Assembly: GCA_963754315.1 (NCBI GenBank)
Contig: CAVWFS010000001.1
Coordinates: 96,001-160,000, forward strand
Length of the DNA stretch: 64,000 nt
Reading direction: 5' to 3'
Source of the DNA: an uncultured Candidatus Rokubacteria bacterium
GTDB taxonomy: Bacteria > Methylomirabilota > Methylomirabilia > Rokubacteriales > CSP1-6
The translations under genes were made by a program, and so were the position numbers. Within the stretch, counting starts at the first letter, position 1. Each line of letters starts with the position of its first letter. The notes below the pieces were generated by a model. The model saw only the letters and a list, made by a program, of their open reading frames with translations. It searched no databases and was not told the DNA's origin. Shown piece by piece: positions 8,894 through 19,908 of the stretch.

Positions 8894-10408
8894 CTACACC
8901 ACCTCGAACACGTGGTATGCCCAGGCCTCGAGGTCGAGGTAGAGGCCGGCCCCCGCCAGATCCTCGCCCCTGCGCTCGTACGAGAGGCGCGGGTTCAAGA
9001 GGTCACGCAGGTGCCATGCTCGTCCCGGGAGATCAGCGAAGGGAAGCCGGACGTAGCACTGTCCCTGGGTGGGGCCGTAGTTGACCGCCACGAGAAGCCG
9101 GCATCCCGGCCCGGCCCATGCGTAGGCGATGAAGCGCTCCCAGGTTGGGTTGCCCCCCCAGGCGGGCTGGCATGCGACCAATTGCCACGCGCCGTCTCGC
9201 ACCTCTGGCCGTCGCATGACCCCGAGGAGGCTATTGTAGAAATCTCTCAGTTCCACATCGACTGGCTCCGGGCTCCGTCGGCGCAGGTGGTTGGAGGCGC
9301 GCAGGCGGCGACCGGAGCGTTGCCCCTCGTGCAGGAAGCGTAGGCCCGGTACCAGGAAGGCCAGCGCGGCGGCCGCCCGATGCACGCGATCCGGGAAGGC
9401 GGCGGCCGCTCGGGGCTCATCGTGGTTCTCGAGAAAGCGCACCGATCTTCGTTGAAACTCGGGATCGGCGTGCAGATGCCCGCGTACGGCGACGGCGTCC
9501 TGGGCGTGCAGGCGGTCGTAGAAGCGCTTGTCGTACGTATAGTCAAAACCCTGTTGCTGCAAGGTCCACTCGAGGTCCCAGTACGCCTCGGCCATGAAAA
9601 CGAAGTCTGGATGCGCCCTGCGGATCTGGCCGATCGCCTCCGGCCAGAACGAGTCGTCGATGGGGGCGCTTCCGTCAGTTGGGCGTGCACGTCTTCCCCA
9701 CGTGCGTTCAATGACGTCGGGGAGAACCAGCATGGACATGTCGCAGCGCACCCCGTCGCATTGGCCGGCGATCCGCTCGAGAACCTCTCGCATGGCCTGC
9801 CGCAGGCCGCCATGGCGGTAGTTCACCTGTAGGGTGTCGGGCCATCCGGGAAAGTATGGGTCCTTGCCGTGCGCCAGAACGCGCGTTCCTCCTCCGGTGC
9901 TGACCCGGATGTAGTTTCCTGGCTCACGCGCCAGATCTGCGTCGCTGCCATGCACGTAGTACTCCGGATGATTCTGAACCCAAGGATGATCCGGTGCCGT
10001 GTGGTTCGGGACGAAGTCGAGCATGAGCCGGACCCCACGCGCAGCCAGACGGCGCCGGAGGCGAGCGAGCGCGTCCGGTCCTCCGAAGTCGCGGTGAACG
10101 ACGTACTCCCGTACCGCAAAGGGAGAACCGCATACGTCCTCCGGGCTCCAGTCGGCCAGAAGCTCACCGTACTCGCGCTGCCAGTCAGCCTGGCTCAGCG
10201 ACACTTGCCGCCCCGCCTCGCCCGTCTGCCAGATGCCGAGGAGCCACACCCAGTCGAACCCGTCGGAGGCGACTTGGTCCAGGGAGGCGTCGGATACGTC
10301 ATCGAGGGTAACCGGCCGTCCCACGCGCTGGGCCAGATCGTAAAGCCAGACCCGGGTGTTGATCTGATAGAGAGCGGGAAAACTTGGCAACGCGGACATC
10401 CCGTTCAT
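8894..10408 (-). CDS. Alpha-amylase family (GH13) glycosidase
   Basis: LMLDFVPNH, DGVRCDM, FMAEAYW and FLENHDEPR conserved regions. Confidence 0.92.
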   Translation of the reverse strand: MNGMSALPSFPALYQINTRVWLYDLAQRVGRPVTLDDVSDASLDQVASDGFDWVWLLGIWQTGEAGRQVSLSQADWQREYGELLADWSPEDVCGSPFAVREYVVHRDFGGPDALARLRRRLAARGVRLMLDFVPNHTAPDHPWVQNHPEYYVHGSDADLAREPGNYIRVSTGGGTRVLAHGKDPYFPGWPDTLQVNYRHGGLRQAMREVLERIAGQCDGVRCDMSMLVLPDVIERTWGRRARPTDGSAPIDDSFWPEAIGQIRRAHPDFVFMAEAYWDLEWTLQQQGFDYTYDKRFYDRLHAQDAVAVRGHLHADPEFQRRSVRFLENHDEPRAAAAFPDRVHRAAAALAFLVPGLRFLHEGQRSGRRLRASNHLRRRSPEPVDVELRDFYNSLLGVMRRPEVRDGAWQLVACQPAWGGNPTWERFIAYAWAGPGCRLLVAVNYGPTQGQCYVRLPFADLPGRAWHLRDLLNPRLSYERRGEDLAGAGLYLDLEAWAYHVFEVV

Positions 10409-10633
10409 GCCTTTCTCCGTGCCGCCCGCTTGGTCGAAGCCGGGGTTGGGCGATCGAAGTCGTCGAGGAGAGCCTGGCTGTCCATCGATCCGAGAAGTGG
10501 ATCAGCGGCGCCACCAGTCCGGTCCAGCCCGTCTGAACGTTCCCCACTGGCGCTCTGCGAGATAGGGCCCCCACCGCATCCAGATCGACCCGGGTTGCCG
10601 GCTCTCCTCTGCACGTCGCGCTTCGCTGCTCAT
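10405..10633 (-). pseudogene. Relic of an MGH1/GH63-like glucosidase with most of the gene deleted
   Basis: ATG 10633 (GGAGAG RBS) gives MSSEARRAEE...WMRWGPYLAERQWGT, the family N-terminal motif. It is joined at ~10536 directly to QTGWTGLVA, the family C-terminal motif, in another frame. Confidence 0.75.
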
Positions 10634-10755
10634 GGCAGACCTCTCCAGATTGGTGTTCGCGGTGGGCCCCTCGCTTCATTCCCACGCTACGTGTATCCTG
10701 CCCGAGGCGGTGCCGTCAACCCGCGCGGGCGCCCCGCCTGGGAGGGAGAATCCGA

Positions 10756-11775
10756 GTGAAAGCGGCGTTCTTCAAAGAGCACGGAGGAGCGGAGAAGATC
10801 CTGTACGACGACTACCGCGACCCTGTCCCGGGAGCGGGCGAGGTGCTCGTACGCGTGCGCGCCTGCGCCCTGAATCAGGTTGACATGCTGCTCCTCGACG
10901 GCCGATTCCCGCCGCCCGAAGGGCTTCCTCACGTGAACGGGTGTGAGGTGACGGGCACCGTGAAGGCCGGCGCGGCCGGGTTCGCGGACGGGCAGCGCGT
11001 CATCGTCTTCCCCGGCTTCTCGTGCGGGATATGCGAATACTGCCTGCGCGGCGAGCGGACGGTGTGCGTCCGCTACGGGTATCTGGGAGCTCACAAGGAT
11101 GGCGGCTACGCGGAGCTGGTGAAAGTTCCTGGCGCCAACGTGCTTCCCTTGCCCGATGCGATCTCCTTCGAGCAGGGAGCGGCTCTCCCTCTCGCCATGC
11201 TCACCTCGTGGCATGGCCTGGTGGTCCAGGCGCAGCTGCGGCCCGGCCAGACAGTCCTCGTCCAGGCGGCCGGCAGCGGTGTGGGGAGCGCGGCCATTCA
11301 GATCGCGCGTCTCATCGGGGCTCGGGTCATGACCACGGTGGGCTCGGACGACAAGATCGAGTTTGCCAAGGCGCTCGGCGCGGAGCGTGTTGTCAACTAC
11401 CGCACGCAGGATTTCGTGGAAGAGGCGAAGGCGTGGACGGGCAAGCGTGGCGTCGACGTGGTGGTCGAGCACATCGGTGGCGAGACGTTCGAGCGCAGCA
11501 CCTATGCGTTGACACGTCTGGGAACGCTCGTCTCCATCGGGTCGCACGACACGCACTGGGGTCGGCTCGACCTCCGCCACGTCTACTCCAAGAACCTCCG
11601 CATCCTTGGCACCAATCTCGGCTCGATCCTCGAGCTGAGAACAATCTTAGAGAATGTGCAGGGGGGCCGTCTGCGGCCGGTGATCGATCGAGCATTCCCT
11701 CTCCGGGACGCGCGGGCGGCCGTCCAGCATGTCCTCGACCGCCGCAACAAGGGTAAGGTGCTGCTCGTCGCATGA
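10756..11775 (+). CDS. Zinc-binding alcohol dehydrogenase / quinone oxidoreductase family (MDR)
   Basis: CGICEYC...C structural zinc lobe; AAGSGVG nucleotide-binding motif. Confidence 0.92.
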   Translation: MKAAFFKEHGGAEKILYDDYRDPVPGAGEVLVRVRACALNQVDMLLLDGRFPPPEGLPHVNGCEVTGTVKAGAAGFADGQRVIVFPGFSCGICEYCLRGERTVCVRYGYLGAHKDGGYAELVKVPGANVLPLPDAISFEQGAALPLAMLTSWHGLVVQAQLRPGQTVLVQAAGSGVGSAAIQIARLIGARVMTTVGSDDKIEFAKALGAERVVNYRTQDFVEEAKAWTGKRGVDVVVEHIGGETFERSTYALTRLGTLVSIGSHDTHWGRLDLRHVYSKNLRILGTNLGSILELRTILENVQGGRLRPVIDRAFPLRDARAAVQHVLDRRNKGKVLLVA

Positions 11776-13310
11776 CCCTCGGCCAGATGCTCCGACGCTC
11801 GGCGCGCCGCCGACCAGGGGCGGAAGCAGTCATCCACGGACAGACCCGGCTGACCTACACCGAGCTGGATACTCGCACCGATGCCCTTGCGTGCGGCCTT
11901 GCCCGGGCCGGCGTCGCCAGGGGCGACCGCGTGCTGATCGTCCTCAAGAACCGGGTGGAACACGTGCTGGTGTACTGGGCGTTGCAGAAGATGGGCGGGG
12001 TCCCAACGCCTGTGAACTTCCGACTTTCTCCGGGAGAGCTGCGCTACGTCCTCGACGATAGCGGGGCTCGCCTCGTCTTCTGCGAAGACGCGACCGCGCT
12101 GGCCGTCGCCGAGGCCGTGCGGGGCCGTGACGTCGGGCTCGTGCATGTGGGCGTGGCGGCGCCTGTCGCGGCCCTGCCCTTCGACACCCTGCTTGACGAG
12201 GGAGCGCGAGAAGAGGCGCAGGTGGCGGCGACGGACCTGTCCCTTCTCCTCTATACCTCAGGCACGACCGGGCGACCCAAGGGCGTGCCGCGGACCCACG
12301 CCAACCACGTGGCAGGAGCCGTCGCCCATACCCTCCAGTGTCGGTATGACTGGGGCGAGCGGACCCTTGGTGTCATGCCCCTCTACCACACCATGGGAAT
12401 TCACTCCCTCACGAGCATGATGGTAGTCAACGGTTGCTTCGTGTGTCAGCCCGACTGGAGCCCGGGCGAAGCCCTCTCGCTGATCGCGAGTGAGCGGCTC
12501 AGCGCGTTGTACCTGATCCCTACCCTCTTCTGGGAGCTCGTGCACGCCCCGGACTTCGCGCGTGCTGATGTCACCTCGGTGAGCAAGCTGGCGTATGCGG
12601 GGGCGCCCATGCTGCCCACCTTGACCGAGGCGTGCACCCGCGCCTTTACCCCCGATGTCTTCGTGAACCACTACGGGTCCACCGAGATCTATACGTTCTC
12701 GGTGCGCCCCGACGCTCCTGGCAAAGCGGGATCGGCGGGACGGCCGGGACTGCATTCCGCGTTGCGGGTGGTGGTCGCGAGCCTCGAGCGGCGGGTTGGT
12801 CCGGAGGAGGCGGTAGGCGTGGGGGAGAGGGGAGAAATCATCGCCAGCCTCGACTCCGAGGAGGCCTTCGTCGGCTACTGGAACAGGCCCGACGCTGATG
12901 CTCGCGCCTTGCGCGATGGGTGGTACTTCACGGGCGATATGGGGTACATCGATGAGGACGGTGAGCTGGTGGTGGCCGGGCGGGTGGACGACATGATCAT
13001 CAGCGGGGGCGAGAACATCCATCCCGTGGAAGTCGAGGAGATCCTCTCCCGCCATCCGCTGGTCGGTGAGGTGGCGGTGATCGGCGAGCCGGATGAACGA
13101 TGGGGCGAGCGGGTCGTGGCCTTCGTGGTGCCGCGCGCATCTGGGCTCACGGCATCAGCCCTCGACCGCCACTGTCGCGCGAGCGCGGACCTGGCCGGCT
13201 TCAAGCGCCCGCGGCGGGTGGTGTTCGTGAAGGACATCCCCAAGACGGCATCGGGCAAGATCCTGCGCCGGCTCCTGCGCGACGGACACTATACGGAGAT
13301 CCAGCCATGA
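11772..13310 (+). CDS. AMP-dependent acyl-CoA synthetase, resembling 2-furoate-CoA ligase (HmfD-like)
   Basis: YTSGTTGRPKG, TGD and GRVDDMIISGGEN motifs. ERTLGVMPLYHTMG and FVNHYGSTEIYTF resemble HmfD as recalled. Confidence 0.85.
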   Translation: MTLGQMLRRSARRRPGAEAVIHGQTRLTYTELDTRTDALACGLARAGVARGDRVLIVLKNRVEHVLVYWALQKMGGVPTPVNFRLSPGELRYVLDDSGARLVFCEDATALAVAEAVRGRDVGLVHVGVAAPVAALPFDTLLDEGAREEAQVAATDLSLLLYTSGTTGRPKGVPRTHANHVAGAVAHTLQCRYDWGERTLGVMPLYHTMGIHSLTSMMVVNGCFVCQPDWSPGEALSLIASERLSALYLIPTLFWELVHAPDFARADVTSVSKLAYAGAPMLPTLTEACTRAFTPDVFVNHYGSTEIYTFSVRPDAPGKAGSAGRPGLHSALRVVVASLERRVGPEEAVGVGERGEIIASLDSEEAFVGYWNRPDADARALRDGWYFTGDMGYIDEDGELVVAGRVDDMIISGGENIHPVEVEEILSRHPLVGEVAVIGEPDERWGERVVAFVVPRASGLTASALDRHCRASADLAGFKRPRRVVFVKDIPKTASGKILRRLLRDGHYTEIQP

Positions 13311-14074
13311 GCGAGTTTCTGCGGGTTGAGGGCACGGGCGCGGTGGCGACGCTCTGGATCGATCGCCAGGCCAAGATGAACACCATGACCGTGGCCATGC
13401 GCAACGAGTTTCCGAGGATCTTCCGGGACCTTGATGCCGACGACCGCGTGCGTGTGGTCGTCGTGCGCGGGGCGGGAGGCAAGGCCTTCAGCGCCGGCGG
13501 AGACCTCGCCGAGTTTCTGACCTTGGCCCCCGCCGACCTCGAGCTGTGGGGCGATACGTTGACCGCCGCCGAGCGCTGTCGGAAGCCGGTGATCGCCGCC
13601 ATCGATGGCTACTCGATGGGAGCGGGGCTGGAACTGGCGGTCGCGTGCGACTTTCGGATCGCCACGCGCCGCTCGGAGTTCGCCTTTCCGGAGGTTCGGC
13701 TCGGCATGATACCGGGTAGCGGCGGGACTCAGCGCGCGCTGCGCCTCATCGGCATGACCCGGGCCAAGCTCTTCATGCTGACCGGCCAGCGCATCTCCGC
13801 TGAGCGGGCGGAAGTGTGGGGACTGGTGACCGAGGCCGTCGCCGACGACAAGCTCGACGAGGCCGTCGGTACTCTCGCCGGAGAGCTGGCCGAGCGGCCG
13901 CCCCTCGCCGTGCGCACCCTCAAGATGGTGCTCAACCGCGGCGCGGAAGCCCCGCTGGAGACGGCCCTCGAGCTAGAACGGAAGTCCTACGCGTGGCTGC
14001 GCTCCACTCATGACTACGAGGAAGGGGTGAAGTCGTTCCTGGAGAAGCGGCCGCCGAAGTACGAGGGGAGGTAG
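13307..14074 (+). CDS. Enoyl-CoA hydratase/isomerase (crotonase), HmfE-like
   Basis: AFSAGGD, GAGLELAVACDFRIA and PEVRLGMIPGSGG motifs; ATGA overlap with the ligase. Confidence 0.9.
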   Translation: MSEFLRVEGTGAVATLWIDRQAKMNTMTVAMRNEFPRIFRDLDADDRVRVVVVRGAGGKAFSAGGDLAEFLTLAPADLELWGDTLTAAERCRKPVIAAIDGYSMGAGLELAVACDFRIATRRSEFAFPEVRLGMIPGSGGTQRALRLIGMTRAKLFMLTGQRISAERAEVWGLVTEAVADDKLDEAVGTLAGELAERPPLAVRTLKMVLNRGAEAPLETALELERKSYAWLRSTHDYEEGVKSFLEKRPPKYEGR

Positions 14075-14076
14075 CG

Positions 14077-15078
14077 ATGAAAGCATCGTTCGGACTCACG
14101 CTCGCCAATCGCGCGGTGGTGCTGGGCGCGATCGGGGCGCGCGATCTCATCGATCTCACCGTGGCGGCCGAAGAGGCCGGGGCCTTCGACACCGTGTGGG
14201 TCGGGGATAGCCTCGTCGCCAAGCCGCGCCTGGAGGCCGTGACGTTGCTGTCGGCCCTGGCCAGCGTGACGTCACGCATGCGCTTGGGCGTGGGCTGCAT
14301 GGCCACGTTCGTGCACCGGCATCCGGTGATGTTGGCGCACCAGTGGGCGAGCCTTGACGTGCTCTCGGGCGGGCGCTCGTGGCTCGCCGTATGCCTGGGC
14401 GGCCCCGATGAAGCGGGTGCGGCGCAGGCTCTGGAGCACGCCGTCATGGGCGTGCGACCGAGTGAGCGTGTGGCTCGACTGGAGGAAGGCATCTCCATTC
14501 TCCGCACCCTCTTCGCCAGCAAGAAGGCGTCGCACCGCGGTCGCTTCTACCAGTTCGACGGGCTCACCATTGAGCCGCCGCCTCTGCAGCGCCCGTGCCC
14601 CATCTGGATTGCCAGCAATCCGACCGGGCTGACCTGGAAGGGCGGAGCCAGCGCCTCGGAGGCAGTGGTGGAGCGGAGTTTCCGCCGCGTGGCGCGGCAT
14701 GCCGACGGCTGGATGACCAACAAGCTCAGCCCCGAGGAGTTTCGCCGTCAGTGGAGCCGCATCACGGCCATGGCGCGCGAGGAAGGGCGCGATCCGGCAG
14801 CGCTCGGCAGCGCCCTCTACCACAACATCAATATCAACGAGGACCGGACGGCCGCTCTCGCCGAGAGCAAGACCTTCCTCGATACGTATTACACGGCCAA
14901 CTTCAGCGCGGCTTTCGTGGAGGGGTGGACCATCGCCGGCAGCCCCGATCAGTGTGTGGACCAGCTCCGCGCGTACTTCGACGCGGGCCTCGGGCACATC
15001 GCGCTCCGGCTGACGTCGTGGGACCAGCGTGGTCAGCTCAAGCGGTTCCTCGCCGAGGTGGCACCCGCCTTCGCCTGA
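14077..15078 (+). CDS. LLM-class flavin/F420-dependent oxidoreductase
   Basis: VWVGDS, LSALASVTSRMRLG, WASLDVLSGGR and RVARHADGW motifs. Confidence 0.9.
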   Translation: MKASFGLTLANRAVVLGAIGARDLIDLTVAAEEAGAFDTVWVGDSLVAKPRLEAVTLLSALASVTSRMRLGVGCMATFVHRHPVMLAHQWASLDVLSGGRSWLAVCLGGPDEAGAAQALEHAVMGVRPSERVARLEEGISILRTLFASKKASHRGRFYQFDGLTIEPPPLQRPCPIWIASNPTGLTWKGGASASEAVVERSFRRVARHADGWMTNKLSPEEFRRQWSRITAMAREEGRDPAALGSALYHNININEDRTAALAESKTFLDTYYTANFSAAFVEGWTIAGSPDQCVDQLRAYFDAGLGHIALRLTSWDQRGQLKRFLAEVAPAFA

Positions 15079-15137
15079 ACGTCGGTGGTGAATCGTCTCG
15101 GGTATACTCCCCCGATTCGCCGAGGAGGACGAGACCT

Positions 15138-16151
15138 GTGAGAGCACGCCGAACGACGATATTCGTGAACATCGCACTGGTGGCGCTCACCGCCCTGCTG
15201 CCAATTGGAGGGTCGGGTAGCGGTGCCTGGGCCCAGGGTTCCGTGAATCTGGCCTTCGCAACCCTCGACACCGGAAGCGCCTGGTACGTCTATGGCGCCA
15301 CCATGGCCGAGCTGCTTCGCAAGACCTTGCCCCCCGGCTCGAACATCGACGTCAAGCCGCGTGCAGGCGGAGTGGGCAACCCACGGCTGGTGGCCAAGAA
15401 CGAGACGCCAATCGGGTTCGCCTTCACGGTCACGAACCGCTGGGCTTGGGACGGCAAGGAGGCCTACGACACCAAGCTCGACAATCTGCGGGGGTTGGTG
15501 GGAGGGTTCGACACCTACTACCTGGTGGCGGTCACGGCCAAGAAGCTCGGCATCAACTCCATCAAGGACATCAGGGACAAGAAGATCCCGATCAAGATGG
15601 TGACCCAGCCCGTGGGCTCCCTCGGGGAATTTGCCGGGCGCCAGCTCCTACGCGCGTACGGCCTCACCTACAACGACATTAAGGCGTGGGGCGGCTCCAC
15701 CCAGCACGTCGGGTACAACGTGATCGTCGATGCTTTCAAGGACGGCCGGGCCGACGTCCTGTTCGCGGTGATCACGCCGAAGCACCCCTCGGTGAGCGAG
15801 ATCGCCTCGGGGGCGGACGTGAAGTTCCTGGGGCCGGAACCGGACGTGGTGACGGCGCTGGCGCCCCTTGGTTACGTGCCCGCCACCATGCCCGCCGACA
15901 CGTTCAAGGGCCAGGGCGAGGCGGTGAAGACAGTTGGTTTCCCCACGGTCCTCATCACCAATAAGGAGCTGCCGGAACCGGTGGCCTACACGGTGACCAA
16001 GACAGTCATCGAGAACAAGGATGCCCTCGTGCGGGGCCACGCGGGGCTCGCCGAGTTCGATCCCAAGACGGCCTGGCAGCCGGACAAGGTTGGCCTGCCC
16101 CTGCATCCGGGCGCCGAGCGCGCGTACCGCGAGAAGGGGTGGATGAAATAG
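15138..16151 (+). CDS. TAXI-family TRAP transporter solute-binding subunit
   Basis: GAGGAGG RBS before GTG 15138; signal peptide; ATLDTGSAWYVYG and C-terminal PLHPGAERAYRE motifs. Confidence 0.9.
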   Translation: MRARRTTIFVNIALVALTALLPIGGSGSGAWAQGSVNLAFATLDTGSAWYVYGATMAELLRKTLPPGSNIDVKPRAGGVGNPRLVAKNETPIGFAFTVTNRWAWDGKEAYDTKLDNLRGLVGGFDTYYLVAVTAKKLGINSIKDIRDKKIPIKMVTQPVGSLGEFAGRQLLRAYGLTYNDIKAWGGSTQHVGYNVIVDAFKDGRADVLFAVITPKHPSVSEIASGADVKFLGPEPDVVTALAPLGYVPATMPADTFKGQGEAVKTVGFPTVLITNKELPEPVAYTVTKTVIENKDALVRGHAGLAEFDPKTAWQPDKVGLPLHPGAERAYREKGWMK

Positions 16152-17813
16152 CCGCCGACTGGATCCTCCAGAACGGCCGCCTCATCACGCTCGATTCCCG
16201 CCGGCCCGCCGCGACTGCCCTCGCCATCGCCGGCGGCCGCATCGTCGCCATCGGCGGCCGAGCGGATGTCCGAGGCTGGCATGGACGCCGAACCCGGGTC
16301 GTCGATCTGGCCGGGGCGAGCGTCATCCCGGGTCTCGTCGATGCGCACGCCCATCTCGATCGCGAAGGACTGAAGCACGTCTTTCCGACCCTCGAGCGTT
16401 GCCGTTCGATCGTCGAGATCCAGGGGGCGATCCACCGTCTGGCCGCCCAACGGCCGCCAGGCGAGTGGATTGTCACGATGCCTGTCGGAGTCCCGCCGTT
16501 TTACCTGGATCCACCGGCGGGGCTGGCCGAGGGTCGATGGCCGACTCGGGCCGATCTCGACCGGGCGGCGCCTCACCATCCGGTGTACATCCGCGGCATC
16601 TGGGGCTACTGGAACAAGCCGCCCGTGCACTCCATCGCCAACAGCCTCGCCCTCGCGCGCGCCGGCATCGGGCGGGACACCCCCGCTCCCCCGGGCATCG
16701 AAATCGTGAAGGACACGGCGGGTGAGCCCACGGGTCTCTTCGTGGAACACAACCTCATTCAGGTGATCGAGTTCACTCTGATGCGAAGCGTCCCTCGCTT
16801 CACGCACAAGGACCGCGTTCGTGCCCTGCGCCAGTCTCTCTCACGCTACGCCGCTCGTGGGGTCACCGCCGTGTACGAGGGACACGGGATCGCGCCCGAG
16901 GTGCTACGGGTCTATCGCGAGACGCACGAAGCGGGGCGGCTCAGCCTGCGCTGTACCTTGGCGCTGAGCCCCACCTGGAACACTCTCGCCGAGGCTGAGC
17001 GCGCAATTCCGGAAATCGCGGCGTGGGCCGGCGGTCGCGGTGTGGGGGACGATCGCCTGCGTCTGAGCGGTATCTGTCTGCACTACGGCGGTGACGCCGA
17101 GGTTGCGCGTATCCTTCACGACGGACAGCCATACACAGCGTGGGCCGGGTTTGTGGAGAGTGCGAACGAGCCGGCTGACTACGCGCGGCAGGCGGAGTTG
17201 GCCGCGCGGCACGGCCTGCGGGTGAACACGCTCGTCACGCGATGCCTGCCCGAGGTGCTGGATGTCTGGGAGTCCGTCGCGGCCCGCGTTCCGATCGGGC
17301 ACCTGCGCTGGGTCCTCGTGCATCTGCACGCGGCCACGCCGGAGCAGCTGGCGCGCATTCGTCGGCTCGGTGCCGTTGCCACCACCAATCCGATCAGTTA
17401 TCTGTGGCGGTCGGGCGCAGCCGAGTCGGCGCGGCTCGGGGGGATGCCGGAAACCATGCTCCCGCATCGGAGTCTGGGCCGGCTCGGGATCCCATTTGGG
17501 CTCGCCACCGACAACAAGCCCGCCAACCCCTGGCTCGCGTTCACGGCCGCCGTAGCCCGGCGCGATATGGCGACGGGCGAGATCCTCGGCGCCTGACGAG
17601 CGGCTCTCCCGCCGTCAAGCCCTCCGCGCCCTCACCGTCGGTGGCGCCTGGGTGACCTTTGCCGAGCGCGAACGGGGCGTGCTCGCACCAGGCCGGGCGG
17701 CTGATCTGGCGGTGCTCGACCTTGACCCGCTTGCGGCGCCGCTCGAAGCGCTGGCCGAGATGAGGGTCCGTCTCACGATGGTGGATGGCGACCTCGTCCA
17801 CGGTGATGCGTAG
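16139..17813 (+). CDS. Amidohydrolase 3 family (YtcJ-like), one frameshift near 17590
   Basis: PGLVDAHAH motif. After ILG the protein continues in another frame as PDERLSRRQALRALTVGGA...GVLAPGRAADLAVLD...TMVDG, to TAG 17811-17813. Confidence 0.85.
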
Positions 17814-19723
17814 TCTGCCTTCACCGCGCGTCGCCCTCGGGATCGCCTGGTCCCTCTTCCAGCTCTACACGGCGCAGGCAGGGCTCTTCGATCTGATGAT
17901 TCAGCTGCCCGTCCACGTGGCCTTTGCGGTCGCCCTCGGGTTTCTCACTGCTCCCATTCCGGAATCATCCGCCCAGGCCGAGAAACTTCGCTCGTCTCGG
18001 TCGCGTCGCGGGCTCGACGCGATCTGTGCCCTTGCGGCGCTCGGGTGCGGTGGCTACTACATCGTCGAGAATCACCGGCTGACGACCCGCATGGCCATGG
18101 TTGACGATCCGGCTGGCCGCGACGTCGTGGTCGGGATCGTCTTCATCCTGCTCTTGCTGGAGGCCTCGCGGCGACACATCGGACCGGCCCTCGTGGTGCT
18201 CGCGCTGGCCTTTGTCGCCTACGCGTTCGTCGGTCCCTGGTTGCCCGGGTTTCTCTCTCACGGCGGCGAGACGTTCCTGAAGCTCATCGACATGCAGGCG
18301 CTCACCACGGGCGGGATCTTTGGCATTCCCACCCTGGTGTCGGCCACGTTCATCTACCTCTTCGTCTTGTTCGGGGGAGCCATGGCCCATGGCGGTCTCT
18401 TGCGCTTCTTCACGGACGCCGCCCTCGCCATCGCGGGGGGAACGCGGGGCGGGGCGGGCAAGGTGGCCGTCATCTCGAGCGGTCTCTTCGGGACGGTCAA
18501 CGGCAGCGCCATCGCCAACGCAGTGACCACCGGGCGCCTTCACGATCCCACTCATGATCCGGGCGGGCTACCGCCCGCCCTTCGCGGCCGGCGTCGAGGC
18601 ATGCGCGTCGATGGGCGGCCAGCTCATCCCGCCTGTGATGGGGGCGGCCGCCTTCATCATGGCGGAGACACTCGGCCTGCCATACTCGTCGATCGCCATC
18701 GCGGCCGCCATCCCGGGTGTCCTCTATTTCGTGGCAGTGGGGGTGATGGTGCACTTCGAGGCTGCGCGTCTGGGCATTCCAGTGCTGCCGCGCGCCGAGT
18801 TGCCTCGCTTTCTCGATGTCCTGAAGCGAGACGCGCACCTGCTGGCCGGGCCGGCCGTCCTCGTGTATTTCCTCGTGGTCGGTCGCTCCCCCCTCTTTGC
18901 GGGTTTCTGGGCATTGGTGGCGGCGGTGGTCGCGAGCCAGTTGCGCCGTGACACGCGAATCGACCTCAGCCGAGCGCTCACCATCCTCACCGAGAGCGCC
19001 CAGAGTGCCCTGCCCGTGGCCTTGGCCTGCGCCACGGTCGGCATCGTGGTCGGTGTCGTGTCCGCCACCGGGCTCGGCCTGAAGCTGGCCAGCGGCATCG
19101 TCGGCATCGCGCAGGGCAACATGCTGGCCACCTTGCTGCTCACGATGGTGGCCGCCCTCGTCCTCGGCACAGGACTGCCGACGTCCGCGACCTACATCAT
19201 CACCTCGATCATGGCTGCGCCGGCCCTCGTTCAGCTCGGGCGTTCCCAAGCTGGCCGCCCACATGTTCGTGTTCTACTTCGGGATCCTGGCGGATCTCAC
19301 TCCACCCACCGCCATCTCGACCTACGCCACGTCCTCGATCGCGGGCGCCGACGTCTGGAAGACGCAGTGGACGGCCATGGCCCTGGCTCTTTCGGGTTTC
19401 ATCATCCCGTTCAGCTTTGCTTACGATCCTGCTCTGCTCCTGCTCAACGCCTCGGTGCCACACATCGTTCTCCGGACGGCGGCCGCCACCCTCGGCATCC
19501 TCATGCTCGGGGCTGGCCTCATCGGCTACCTGCGGGTGCCCACCTGCGCGTGGGAGCGGGCGGCGCTCCTGGTAGGGGCGGTCCTGCTGATCTTCCCGGG
19601 GTCCTCGGTGACTTGGTGGGGATGGCATGCTTCATCGCGGTGTGGCTTGCCCAGCGCCGCGCGGGCCGGCGGGTCGAAGTCCGCGCCTCGGCGCGGGCCA
19701 CCAGCCCTAAGTCGTCCCAGTAG
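17806..19723 (+). CDS. TRAP transporter fused 4TM/12TM permease (TAXI partner), frameshifts near 18533, 19239 and 19598
   Basis: GGAGKVAVISSGLFGTVNGSAIAN, ASMGGQLIPPVMGAAAF, GTGLPTSATY and MFVFYFGILADLTPP motifs spread over three frames. Confidence 0.88.
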
Positions 19724-19726
19724 CTG

Positions 19727-19746
19727 TTGACGATCGGCATCGTCAA
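19727..19746. promoter_or_regulatory. Perfect inverted repeat TTGACGAT-N4-ATCGTCAA, candidate operator or hairpin
   Basis: Seen directly; ends 10 nt upstream of the -35 element of the ubiD promoter. Confidence 0.5.
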
Positions 19747-19756
19747 GCGACAAGCG

Positions 19757-19785
19757 TTGACCGCCCAGTTCGATGACAGTACGAT
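19757..19785 (+). promoter_or_regulatory. Sigma-70-type promoter upstream of the UbiD gene
   Basis: TTGACC-17 nt-TACGAT. Confidence 0.65.
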
Positions 19786-19908
19786 TCCAGCATGGTGCGG
19801 ACACAGATACCTGATTTGCGGTTAGAACACGGCCACGCGTGACTGAGGCCTACCGCGCACTGAGCATTTTCGTCGACACTTCAGGAATCGACATCTCGAG
19901 GGCCACTT

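Noticed and set aside
17594..17596. TGA ending the amidohydrolase ORF as a third Sec codon
   Set aside because: It is not at a Cys position, and the protein continues in a different frame, so it is a frameshift.
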